Origin: Kiritimatiellia bacterium
Lineage (GTDB): Bacteria > Verrucomicrobiota > Kiritimatiellia > CAIQIC01 > Lenti-01
Length of the DNA: 63,567 nt
Assembly (NCBI GenBank): GCA_017540905.1
Contig: JAFYAC010000094.1
Location: 1-63,567, forward strand
Direction: 5' to 3'
The notes below the pieces were generated by a model. The model did no database searches. It was not told the DNA's origin and worked only from the letters and a program-made list of their open reading frames with translations. A program made the position numbers and the translations under genes. This document shows positions 25,953 through 33,871 of the stretch, in pieces (within the stretch, counting starts at the first letter, position 1; each line of letters opens with the position of its first letter).

Positions 25953-27365
25953 TCAGCGCCGCTTGGAGATCGGCACGTAGGGCTGCTGGGCGGGCCCCAC
26001 GTAGTGCTGGCGCGGGCGCATGATGCGCTGCGAGGCGTCGGCGCGCATTTCCTGCCAGTGCGCGATCCAGCCGGGAAGGCGCCCCAGGGCGAAGAGAACC
26101 GTGAACATTTCCTTCGGGAACCCCAGCGCCCGGTAGATCAGCCCCGTGTAGAAATCCACGTTCGGGTAGAGGTGCCGCTCCTGGAAGTAGGGGTCCGCCA
26201 GCGCGGCCGCCTCCAGCTCCATCGCGACTTCCCCCAGCGGGCCGGTGATGCGCCGCTTGCGGAAGAGCTTCGTGCAGATCTCCCGGGCGATGCGCGCGCG
26301 CGGGTCGTACGTCCTGTAGATGCGGTGGCCGAAGCCCATGAGCCGGAACCCGTCCGTCTTGTCCTTCGCGCGCCGCAGCACCTCGGCGACGGGGATTTTC
26401 TCGCGCACGATCCGCTCGAGCATCTCGATGACCGCCTGGTTCGCGCCGCCGTGAAGCGGCCCCCACAGCGCGCACACGCCGGCGGAGATGCACGCGTAGA
26501 GGTTGGCGCCGGTGCTGCCGACCATGCGCACCGCGGTGGTGGAGGCGTTCTGCTCGTGGTCCGCGTGCAGGATGAGCAGCTTGTTGAGGATGGCGACATC
26601 CTCGGCCGACGCGGCGTACTTCGACACCGGCGAGCGGAACATCATGTTGAGGAAATTCTCGCAGTAGGTGTACTTGTGGCTCGGGTCGATGAACGGCTCC
26701 CCAATCGACTTCTTGTAGGAGAACGCCGCGATCGTCCGCAGCTTCGAGAGCAGCCGCGTGACCGTGATGTCGATTTCCTCCTGCGTGCTGTCGAGCTTGA
26801 TTTCCGGGTAGAAGCTCGAGAGGGAGACGACCATCGCGGAGAGGACCGCCATCGGGTGCGCGCCTTCGGGGTAGTTGCCGAAGAAGTTGCGCATGTTCTC
26901 GTGGAGCATCGAGTGCAGGTTGAGCAGGTCCGAGAAGCGCTGCCGCTGCTCCAGGGTCGGCAGCGACCCGTGCACGAGCAGGTAGGCCACCTCCACGAAC
27001 GTCGCGTGCGCCGCGAGCTCCTCGATGGGGTATCCCCGCAGCAGCAGCCGCCCCCGCGCCCCGTCCACGTACGTGATGGCGCTCTGGCAGACGGCCGTCG
27101 ACGCGAGCGCCGGGTCGAACGCCGCCACCCCGAGCTCCTTGCGGAGCTTCCCGATGTCGACCACCCGCTCGCCCTGCGTCCCGGTCAGCACTTCCAGATC
27201 CAGCTTCCGCCCCTCCAGCTCCAGGTGCGCCAGCTGCGGCGCGGGGGGGGCTGGAGGCGCCGCCTTCTTCGCGGCGGCGGGGGCCTTCGCGCCCGCGGCG
27301 GCCTTGCCCTTGGGGGCCCGCCCGGCGGACGGGCCGGATGTTCCGGCGGAAGACGGCTTCTTCAT
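25953..27365 (-). CDS. gltA: Citrate synthase with a roughly 45-aa Lys/Ala/Pro-rich N-terminal extension
   Basis: LLLRGYPIEELA, ILHADHEQNASTTAVRMVGSTGANLYACISAGVCALWGPLHGGANQAV, MGFGHRIYRTYDPRA and VDFYTGLIY are citrate synthase signatures. The N-terminus is MKKPSSAGTSGPSAGRAPKGKAAAGAKAPAAAKKAAPPAPPAP. Confidence 0.95.
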   Translation of the reverse strand: MKKPSSAGTSGPSAGRAPKGKAAAGAKAPAAAKKAAPPAPPAPQLAHLELEGRKLDLEVLTGTQGERVVDIGKLRKELGVAAFDPALASTAVCQSAITYVDGARGRLLLRGYPIEELAAHATFVEVAYLLVHGSLPTLEQRQRFSDLLNLHSMLHENMRNFFGNYPEGAHPMAVLSAMVVSLSSFYPEIKLDSTQEEIDITVTRLLSKLRTIAAFSYKKSIGEPFIDPSHKYTYCENFLNMMFRSPVSKYAASAEDVAILNKLLILHADHEQNASTTAVRMVGSTGANLYACISAGVCALWGPLHGGANQAVIEMLERIVREKIPVAEVLRRAKDKTDGFRLMGFGHRIYRTYDPRARIAREICTKLFRKRRITGPLGEVAMELEAAALADPYFQERHLYPNVDFYTGLIYRALGFPKEMFTVLFALGRLPGWIAHWQEMRADASQRIMRPRQHYVGPAQQPYVPISKRR

Positions 27366-27491
27366 CGGCTACTCCTCGTTATCCTTGCGGTCGAACCATA
27401 CAAAACGGCCCCGGCACCATCGGTGACGGGGCAACCGCGCCGGTCCGCGCGGAATCCCGCCCGCGGGCCGGCACCTTGCGCACGGCGCGTC

Positions 27492-27722
27492 TCAGCCCTT
27501 GGTGACCTTGCCGGCCTTGATGCAGGAGGTGCACACCGTCATCGTCTTGACCCCGCCGCCGGGCTGGAGGGCGCGGACCTTCTGGAGGTTGGGCTTGACG
27601 GTACGCTTGGTGACGGCGGTGGTGTGAAGGCCGATGCCGCCCTTTTTCTTGCAAAGACCGTGACGAACGATGCGCGCGCCGGTTGCCTTGTGCTTGCCGC
27701 AGATTTCGCAGATTGTAGCCAT
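27492..27722 (-). CDS. rpmB: 50S ribosomal protein L28
   Basis: MATICEICGKHKATGARIVRHG...TKRTVKPNLQKVRAL...GVKTMTVCTSCIKAGKVTKG. This is the last 76 aa of track ORF 27492..28823; the rest of that ORF is antisense to thiM. Confidence 0.85.
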   Translation of the reverse strand: MATICEICGKHKATGARIVRHGLCKKKGGIGLHTTAVTKRTVKPNLQKVRALQPGGGVKTMTVCTSCIKAGKVTKG

Positions 27723-27874
27723 GACTGAACTCCTGATGTATACAAAAACGCAGGGACTATATCCCTTTCCGCCCCCCCGCGCAAGCAAAAACCTGCAAAC
27801 CTGCACGCCGCGCGGCCCGCGGGGCGCGTTTCGCGGTTGACAACGCCCGCTCCGCTTCGTAGCGTTGGGGGCGA

Positions 27875-27975
27875 ATCGGTCGCTAGGGGTGTCCTTGAGG
27901 AAAGGGCTGAGAGCTCCCGTGCGGGAGCAACCCTCGGAACCTGTCGGGATCATGCCTGCGTAGGGAAAGCGGACT
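27875..27975 (+). promoter_or_regulatory. TPP (THI-box) riboswitch
   Basis: CTAGGGGTGTCC...GGGCTGAGAG...ACCCTCGGAACCTGTCGGGATCATGCCTGCGTAGGGAAAGCGG matches the conserved THI-element core (CUGAGA, ACCCU..GAACCUG, AUGCC.GCGUAGGGAA). It lies about 65 nt upstream of thiM. Confidence 0.9.
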
Positions 27976-28040
27976 TCGCCTCTCCCCCACCCCGTCTTCC
28001 CGGCCGCTCCCGCCCGCGGCGGCCGCACGGAGAACCGTCC

Positions 28041-28883
28041 ATGTCCCATCCGACCGAATCCGCCCCCGCCGCCGCCCGCGCGGCCGCCCTGGCCGCCCGC
28101 CTGCGCGCCGAATCGCCCCTCGTCGTCAACATCACCAACTACGTCGCGATGAACTTCGCCGCCAACGTGCTGCTGGCCGCCGGCGCCTCCCCCGTCATGG
28201 CCCACGCCCCCGAGGAAATCGGCGAAATGGCCGCCATCGCCGGCACCCTGAGCATCAACTTCGGCACCCTCGACGCGGCCTGGGTCAAGGCGATGGTCCA
28301 GGCCGGCCTCGCGGCGCAACGCGCGGGCAAGCCCGTCGTGTTCGACCCCGTCGGCGCCGGCGCGACCACCTACCGCACCGGTACCGCGCACGCCTTCCTG
28401 GAAACCTTCCCCGTGGCCGTCCTCCGTGCCAATTCCTCCGAAATCCTGGCCCTGTCCGACGCCCCCGCCGCCGCCGCGACCAAGGGCGTGGACGCCACCG
28501 ACCCCGTCGATGCCGCCATCCCCGCCGCCGCCGCCCTCGCCCGGAAGCACCGTTGCGCCGTGGCCGTGTCCGGCGCCGTCGACGCCGTCACCGACGGCAC
28601 CCGCCTGCTCCGCGTCGCCGGCGGCTCGCCGCTCATGCCGCGCATCACGGCCACCGGCTGCTCGCTGACCGCGCTCACGGGCGCCTGCTGCGCGCTCGCC
28701 CCCGGCGACCCGCTGCTCGCCGCCGCCACCGCCATGGCCATCTTCAAGGTGGCCGCCGAAACCGCCGCGCCGGCCGCCCGCGGTCCCGGCTCCATGGCCG
28801 TCGCGTTCCTCGACGCCCTCCACTCGCTCGACCCCGCCGGCGTCGCCACATCCGGCCGCATCCGCGAAGAGGCCCTCCCGTGA
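28041..28883 (+). CDS. thiM: Hydroxyethylthiazole kinase
   Basis: PLVVNITNYVAMNFAANVLLAAGASPVMAH, VFDPVGAGAT, LRANSSEI and RITATGCSLTALTGA are ThiM signatures. I use the ATG at 28041. Confidence 0.9.
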   Translation: MSHPTESAPAAARAAALAARLRAESPLVVNITNYVAMNFAANVLLAAGASPVMAHAPEEIGEMAAIAGTLSINFGTLDAAWVKAMVQAGLAAQRAGKPVVFDPVGAGATTYRTGTAHAFLETFPVAVLRANSSEILALSDAPAAAATKGVDATDPVDAAIPAAAALARKHRCAVAVSGAVDAVTDGTRLLRVAGGSPLMPRITATGCSLTALTGACCALAPGDPLLAAATAMAIFKVAAETAAPAARGPGSMAVAFLDALHSLDPAGVATSGRIREEALP

Positions 28884-29542
28884 ACCCCCATCCCTACGCC
28901 CTGTACCTCGTCACCGACCGCGGCCTCTCGCTCGGCCGCCCCCTCGCCGGCATCGTGCGCGAAGCCGCCGCGGGCGGCGCGACTTGCGTCCAGCTCCGCG
29001 AAAAAGACGCCTCCACGCGCGAAATGCTGTCGCTGGCGCGGGAGCTGCTCGCCGTCCTGCGCCCGCTCGGCATCCCGCTCATCGTCAACGACCGGCTCGA
29101 CATCGCCCTCGCGGCCGGCGCCCAGGGCGTCCATCTCGGCCAGCACGACATGCCGCTCGCCGACGCGCGCCGCCTGGTGCCGCCGGACTTCATCGTCGGC
29201 ATCTCCGCCGAATCGGTGGACGACGCCGTCGCCGCGGCGGCGGGCGGCGCCTCCTACGTCGCGGCCAGCCCCGTCTTCGCGACGCCGACCAAGACCGATA
29301 CCGCCCCCGCACTGGGGCTGGACGGCGTAGCCGCGCTCCGCGCCGCCCTGCCCGCGGCGTGCCCGCTGGTGGCGATCGGCGGCATCCACGTGGACAACGC
29401 GGCTTCGGTCGTCGCCGCCGGCGCCGACGGCTTGGCGGTCGTCTCGGGCATCATGTCGGCCCCCTCCCCCCGCGATGCCGCCGCCGCCTTCCGCCGCGCC
29501 GCCGCCTCCCCCGCCGCGGCGCGTGCCCGTCCGCCGGCCTGA
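28880..29542 (+). CDS. thiE: Thiamine-phosphate synthase
   Basis: YLVTDRGLS, VQLREKDAS, LIVNDRLDIALAAGAQGVHLGQHD, SPVFATPTK and VAIGGI are ThiE signatures. The GTG start overlaps the thiM stop as GTGA. Confidence 0.9.
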   Translation: MNPHPYALYLVTDRGLSLGRPLAGIVREAAAGGATCVQLREKDASTREMLSLARELLAVLRPLGIPLIVNDRLDIALAAGAQGVHLGQHDMPLADARRLVPPDFIVGISAESVDDAVAAAAGGASYVAASPVFATPTKTDTAPALGLDGVAALRAALPAACPLVAIGGIHVDNAASVVAAGADGLAVVSGIMSAPSPRDAAAAFRRAAASPAAARARPPA

Positions 29543-29572
29543 CCCGGCCGCAGCCCCGGACGGGAAATCCCC

Positions 29573-30166
29573 TCAGCCGTCCTTGACCTTGGCCTTGCCG
29601 GTGATGGGATCGACCGTGACCGACCGGCGGCGTCCTTCGCCGTCGGAGAGAACCACGGTGTAGCCTTCGCAGCGGCCGCTCGGGTAGTAGCTGACGTAAA
29701 ACAGCTCGTCGATTTCCTTGCCGCCCTGGAACGACTCGAACGACACCGTGTCCTCCAGCTTGCGCAGCGCGAAGGACGAGACGGCCTCTCTGTCGCCGCC
29801 GCCATCGCCGCCGCCGTCACCCGAGAAGTCCGAGCCGGACATGACCGACCCCATTCCGCCGCCGCTCCCGCCGATTTCGCCGAAGAAGGAATCCTGCATC
29901 TTCCGCGGCCCCGACTGCTCCACCAGCTCCACGGTTCCTTTGCGAACGTCGAAGAGCAGCGCCGTGTACTCCTGTCCCAGGACCGCCTTCGACTGCGCGT
30001 TGCGGTGCATGGCCAAGACCATGCGGGTCGAGGTGCGGATCTTCGCGCCACGGAAGGATTTGGCGAACGTCGGCAACGCCACCGCCGACGCGATGCCGAT
30101 GATGACCACCACCAGCATCACCTCCACCAGCGTGAAGCCGGTGCGGCGGCGGCCGGCGCGGGTCAC
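29573..30166 (-). CDS. Prepilin-type N-terminal cleavage/methylation protein, GspH/FimT-like minor pseudopilin
   Basis: (V)TRAGRRRTGFTLVEVMLVVVIIGIASAVALPTF. The GTG start at 30166 overlaps the gspG stop as GTGA. Confidence 0.8.
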   Translation of the reverse strand: MTRAGRRRTGFTLVEVMLVVVIIGIASAVALPTFAKSFRGAKIRTSTRMVLAMHRNAQSKAVLGQEYTALLFDVRKGTVELVEQSGPRKMQDSFFGEIGGSGGGMGSVMSGSDFSGDGGGDGGGDREAVSSFALRKLEDTVSFESFQGGKEIDELFYVSYYPSGRCEGYTVVLSDGEGRRRSVTVDPITGKAKVKDG

Positions 30167-30561
30167 TTCACGTCGTCCTCGCCGCCGACGGTGCCGTCCG
30201 CGCCGCCGGAGACGATCTTGTACTGGTTGCCGGTCTTGGTGTAGTGGAAATCGTTGCCCCACGGGTCCTTGAGGCCCTCCTCCTTGCGGATGTAGGGGCC
30301 TTCCCAGCCCTTCGCGCTGCTGCTGATCAGCTCGCGGAGGCTGTCGGGGAGCTTGCCGACATCCATTTCGTAGCGGTCCACGGCCGACTCCAGCTGCCGG
30401 ATGCCCTGCGCCGCGGCGTTCTTGCGCGCCTTCTCCTGGGCGCCGGTGAGGTTCGGGATGGCCACCGCCGCGAGGATGCCGATGATGACCACCACCAGCA
30501 GGATTTCCACCAGCGTGAAGCCGGCATCCCGCCTTGATTCTTCCCGATTCCATTCTTTCAT
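30163..30561 (-). CDS. gspG: Type II secretion major pseudopilin GspG-like
   Basis: MKEWNREESRRDAGFTLVEILLVVVIIGILAAVAIPNL...LESAVDRYEMDVGKLPDSL...GWEGPYI...KDPWGNDFHY. I use the ATG at 30561. Confidence 0.85.
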   Translation of the reverse strand: MKEWNREESRRDAGFTLVEILLVVVIIGILAAVAIPNLTGAQEKARKNAAAQGIRQLESAVDRYEMDVGKLPDSLRELISSSAKGWEGPYIRKEEGLKDPWGNDFHYTKTGNQYKIVSGGADGTVGGEDDVK

Positions 30562-30616
30562 CGCAAAACCTCGTCTGTTTCCGGTGCGGCCCATTGCCGT
30601 CCCTTTCATTCTCCGC

Positions 30617-30645
30617 ATCCTACCACACCCCCCGCCCCCCCGCAA
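30617..30645 (-). promoter_or_regulatory. Candidate promoter TTGCGG-17-TAGGAT with a TGTGG extended -10, upstream of gspG
   Basis: The minus strand reads TTGCGG GGGGGCGGGGGGTGTGG TAGGAT. The same GGGGGTGTGGTAG motif occurs upstream of the genes starting at 18432 and 38799. Confidence 0.4.
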
Positions 30646-30687
30646 TCCCCGCACCGCCCCGCATGCGGAAATTCCGGTCCCCCACCC

Positions 30688-30762
30688 CATGGCCGCGCGG
30701 AAGCGCGCCCCGATGCGCTCTCCACGGGGACGCGCTTCCGCGCGTCCGCAGTGGAAAAGGTG
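30688..30762 (-). repeat. Family C repeat (inverted), interrupted at AAAAGGTG by the FB1 element
   Basis: ...GCGCTCTCCACGGGGACGCGCTTCCGCGCGTCCGCAGTGGAAAAGGTG. The sequence resumes as AAAAGGTGGCGAC at 31205. Confidence 0.75.
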
Positions 30763-31204
30763 GGTTCTTCGGGAATTATAGTGGACGGGGCGGATGGCCG
30801 AGAGATCGTGGAGAGATATTTGGAGAATGGAAAGCGCGCCAGCATTCGTCCCCCCCTCCGAGAGGGGGGTGCCGCCCGAAGGAAGATGGCTCATGGATGC
30901 AAGTGCGGAGCGGAAGGAAAGGGCGGCGGGGGGAGTACTGCGGGGAGCCGTCGATGCAGGCTTTCTCATGGTCCATCTGCGGAGGGATTGATTCTTTGGG
31001 TGCGGGATGAAGTCGTGCTTGCCGCGACGGCCGACCGCAGTACTCCCCCCGTCGCGGCCCCTGCCGCTTGTCTTTTGCCATGCATCCGCCTTCCATTCAT
31101 GGCCGCGCCACCCCCCTCTCGGAAGGGGGAGTGTCCTGTCACCCTCCTTGCGCCTTGCATTCGTGGGATTCCGGAGGTGGTTCCACTATAATCCCCGAAG
31201 AACC
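30763..31204. mobile_element. Foldback MITE-like element FB1 copy a (442 bp) with 22/23-nt terminal inverted repeats and an 8-bp target-site duplication
   Basis: The left end is GGTTCTTCGGGAATTATAGTGGA. The reverse complement of the right end is GGTTCTTCGGGGATTATAGTGGA. AAAAGGTG flanks the element at 30755-30762 and 31205-31212. The internal arms each carry CCCCCCTCCGAGAGGGGGGTG and GGGGGGAGTACTGCGG in inverted orientation. Confidence 0.75.
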
Positions 31205-31550
31205 AAAAGGTGGCGACGCCCCCCGCCGTCGTCCGCGAAAGAGAGCCCTCCTCCATGTATATCGTGAGATTAAAGAAAATACACGGAAAACACTCATTTC
31301 TCATGCATCCATCCCTTCTTGAAAACACACACCGCCGGCGCAGAGGCGTCGCCACATTGCTTGGCCCCACCCAAGCCAATATACCGTGCTGGCCATGAAT
31401 CATCGCACGACCAACGCAAAGCCGCGGCGGCCGGGGACGGCCGACCTCCGGGCGGCCCGTCATGGGCAATCCTTTTGCACGGCCCGCCCGGAGGTCGGGC
31501 CCTACCAGAAGAAGCACCCGACAAGAAATCGCAAGGTTTGCAGCAGACAA

Positions 31551-31650
31551 ATCCATTGTCCCGCCACCTTTTCCACCATGGACGCGCAGAAGCGCGTCCC
31601 TCCCCGTGGAGAGCGCGCGGGAGGGGCACGCTTCCGCGCGACCTTGTGGG
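31551..31650 (+). repeat. Family C repeat (partial)
   Basis: ATCCATTGTCCCGCCACCTTTTCCACCATGGACGCGCAGAAGCGCGTCCCTCCCCGTGGAGAGCGC...GGGGCACGCTTCCGCGCGACC. Confidence 0.75.
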
Positions 31651-31803
31651 AAGGAAATGTCAGGGAAGCTACAGAAAAACAGAAACCGCTCCAGCCATTG
31701 GGAAGCGATTTGCCTTCATGCCGCTGCCATTTCGCACGGCGGGCAGGGGACTGCCCGCCCTACCCGCGGCCGGCAAACACGAATGTTTTGGCTGAACGCT
31801 GCA

Positions 31804-32745
31804 CTACCCCTTCGTGGGGGCGGGGGGCCAGGGGCGGACTTCGGGGACGAGGGAGATGCCGAAGCGGTCGAGGACGGCGGAGGAAAGTCGGTCGGCCAGG
31901 GCGTGGACGTCGGCGGCGGTGGCGGTGGCGGGGTCGGTGACGAAGATGTTGGCGTGCTTGGGGAAGACGTAGGCGCCGCCGACGCGCATGGACTTGGCGC
32001 CGATGGCGTCGAGGAGCGCGCCGGCGGGTTGGCGGCGGCCGCCGGGTTCGGCGGGCGGGAGGTTCTTGAAGTAGCTGCCCGCGGTGCCGACTTGGGCGGT
32101 GTCCGGATGCTTGGCTGCACGCAGGGCCAGGATTTCTGCCCGGCGCGCAAGGAGGGGCGCGGGACCGCCGGGGGACGGGACCAGGGCCAGGTGGACTCGG
32201 AGGACGGCGCAAGGGAACAGGGGCGGGCGCTGGAGGGCGGAGGAGCGGTAGGCGTAACCGAGGGCGGCGGCGGGGAGGGTGTGGAGGCCGCGGGCGGGGG
32301 TCCAAAGGTCCACGGCGGCCACGACGTCGGACAGGGAGTGGCCGAAGGCGCCGGCGTTGCCGCAGGCGGCGCCGCCGAGGGTGCCGGGGATGCCGGAAAA
32401 GTCTTCCAGGCCGGCCAGTCCGGCGGCGCAGGCGGCTGCGGCCAGGGCGTCGAGGGAGGTCCCGGCCCAGAAGGGGTGGGAGGCGGGGCTGCCCCCCTCG
32501 CCGTCCGGGTGTTCGGGAAACGCGAGGGGGAGTGGGGATGGAGCGAGGTGGAGGATGGAGTGCCCGGGGAGGCCTTCGTCGTCCACGAGGAGATTGGAGC
32601 CGCCGCCCAGGGGAAGCCAAGGGCGGCCGGTGGCGGTCCAGCGTTCGAGGATGCGGACGGCGGCGTCGGTGCTGCGAACGGTACGCAGCTCGCGGCAGGG
32701 CCCGCCGAGGCGGAAGGTGGTGTGGTCTTTGAGGAGGGTGCTCAT
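31804..32745 (-). CDS. murB: UDP-N-acetylenolpyruvoylglucosamine reductase
   Basis: MSTLLKDHTTFRLGGPCRELRTV, LPLGGGSNLLV, GIPGTLGGAACGNAGAFG, AGSYFKN and VFPKHANIFV are MurB signatures. I use the ATG at 32745. Confidence 0.9.
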   Translation of the reverse strand: MSTLLKDHTTFRLGGPCRELRTVRSTDAAVRILERWTATGRPWLPLGGGSNLLVDDEGLPGHSILHLAPSPLPLAFPEHPDGEGGSPASHPFWAGTSLDALAAAACAAGLAGLEDFSGIPGTLGGAACGNAGAFGHSLSDVVAAVDLWTPARGLHTLPAAALGYAYRSSALQRPPLFPCAVLRVHLALVPSPGGPAPLLARRAEILALRAAKHPDTAQVGTAGSYFKNLPPAEPGGRRQPAGALLDAIGAKSMRVGGAYVFPKHANIFVTDPATATAADVHALADRLSSAVLDRFGISLVPEVRPWPPAPTKG

Positions 32746-32764
32746 GGGGAAAACGGGGAAGGCG

Positions 32765-32845
32765 TGCCCGGGGCGGGGGTCGAACCCGCATGCCTTGCGG
32801 CGACGGATTTTAAGTCCGTTGCGTCTGCCATTTCGCCACCCGGGC
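32765..32845 (-). tRNA. tRNA-Leu (anticodon TAA)
   Basis: The reverse complement is GCCCGGGTGGCGAAATGGCAGACGCAACGGACTTAAAATCCGTCGCCGCAAGGCATGCGGGTTCGACCCCCGCCCCGGGCA. It has a long variable arm and the anticodon loop CTTAAAA. Confidence 0.9.
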
Positions 32846-32860
32846 GGCGGACGGGACTGG

Positions 32861-32889
32861 AGTGTGCCACAGGCGGGGAGGAGTTGCAA
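32861..32889 (-). promoter_or_regulatory. Candidate promoter TTGCAA-17-CACACT (TGTGG immediately before the -10) for tRNA-Leu
   Basis: The minus strand reads TTGCAA CTCCTCCCCGCCTGTGG CACACT. The -10 element ends 15 nt before the tRNA 5' end. Confidence 0.4.
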
Positions 32890-32923
32890 GGGAAGGGAAC
32901 GCCCCCTTGCCCGCGCCCATTCT

Positions 32924-33757
32924 TCACGCCGCGCGCAGGGCCCATGCCAGATAGGCGTCCAGGAGCTCCGGGCCGCACAGCATCCACAGGATGGCGGCCA
33001 GCGACAGGTGCGGGCCGTACGGGATGCGGCTCTGCAATTCCTTCTTGCCCGCCAGGATGAACGTGAAGCCCACCACCGTGCCCGTCAGCGACGACACCAG
33101 CACCGTGAACAGCACCGCCTTCCAGCCCAGGCACGCGCCGATGGCCCCCAGCAGCTTCCAGTCGCCCATGCCCATCGCTTCGCGCTTGAGCGCGGCTTTG
33201 CCCAGCACCGCCACCAGCCACAACAGGCCGTAGCCCAGCGCCAGGCCGATCAGCGAACTCTCCAGCGCCGCCAGCCGCGCGGCCTCGCCCTGCGCCGGCG
33301 GCCACGCGGCGGAGAGCGCCACGCCGGCGACCATCCCGCCCAGGGTGATGCGGTCGGGCAAAATCAGGTGTTCGATGTCGATGAACGCCCCCGCCACCAG
33401 CGCGCAGGCGTAGAAGGTGAAGATTGGCGTGGTCCACGTGCATCCCCGCACCCACCACAGAAGGAAGAACAGCGTACCCGTCAGCAACTCGACGAGGAAG
33501 TAGCGCGGCGTGATCGGCGCCTCGCAGTAGCGGCATTTGCCCCGCAGGCACAGCCACGACAGCAACGGGATGTTGTCCAGCACCCCCAGCGGGTGCCCGC
33601 ACTTGGGGCAGTGCGACCCCGGCCACGCGATTGACTCGCCGCGCGGAATCCGCCAGATGCAGACGTTCAGGAAGCTCCCGATGCACAGGCCCGCCAGGAA
33701 GACGAACGCGGAGAGCACCGCCCAAGCCGTCCCGGTCAGTTCGAGAGGTGCGCCCAT
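32924..33757 (-). CDS. Prepilin peptidase (A24 family, PilD/GspO-like)
   Basis: GSFLNVCIWRIP, CPKCGHPL...RGKCRYC (zinc motif), AFIDIEHLILPD and MGMGDWKLLGAIG are family hallmarks. Confidence 0.9.
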   Translation of the reverse strand: MGAPLELTGTAWAVLSAFVFLAGLCIGSFLNVCIWRIPRGESIAWPGSHCPKCGHPLGVLDNIPLLSWLCLRGKCRYCEAPITPRYFLVELLTGTLFFLLWWVRGCTWTTPIFTFYACALVAGAFIDIEHLILPDRITLGGMVAGVALSAAWPPAQGEAARLAALESSLIGLALGYGLLWLVAVLGKAALKREAMGMGDWKLLGAIGACLGWKAVLFTVLVSSLTGTVVGFTFILAGKKELQSRIPYGPHLSLAAILWMLCGPELLDAYLAWALRAA

Positions 33758-33871
33758 GGGGTGGTGGTCTGGTGGGCTTTTTTGGGGGGCTTCCGGGGCC
33801 TGGATATCTAGGTTCCTAGGTATCTAGGGCGTTGCAGGTGCCGTGGTCTCCGGGGCTCCCCGCCTTTCGCC

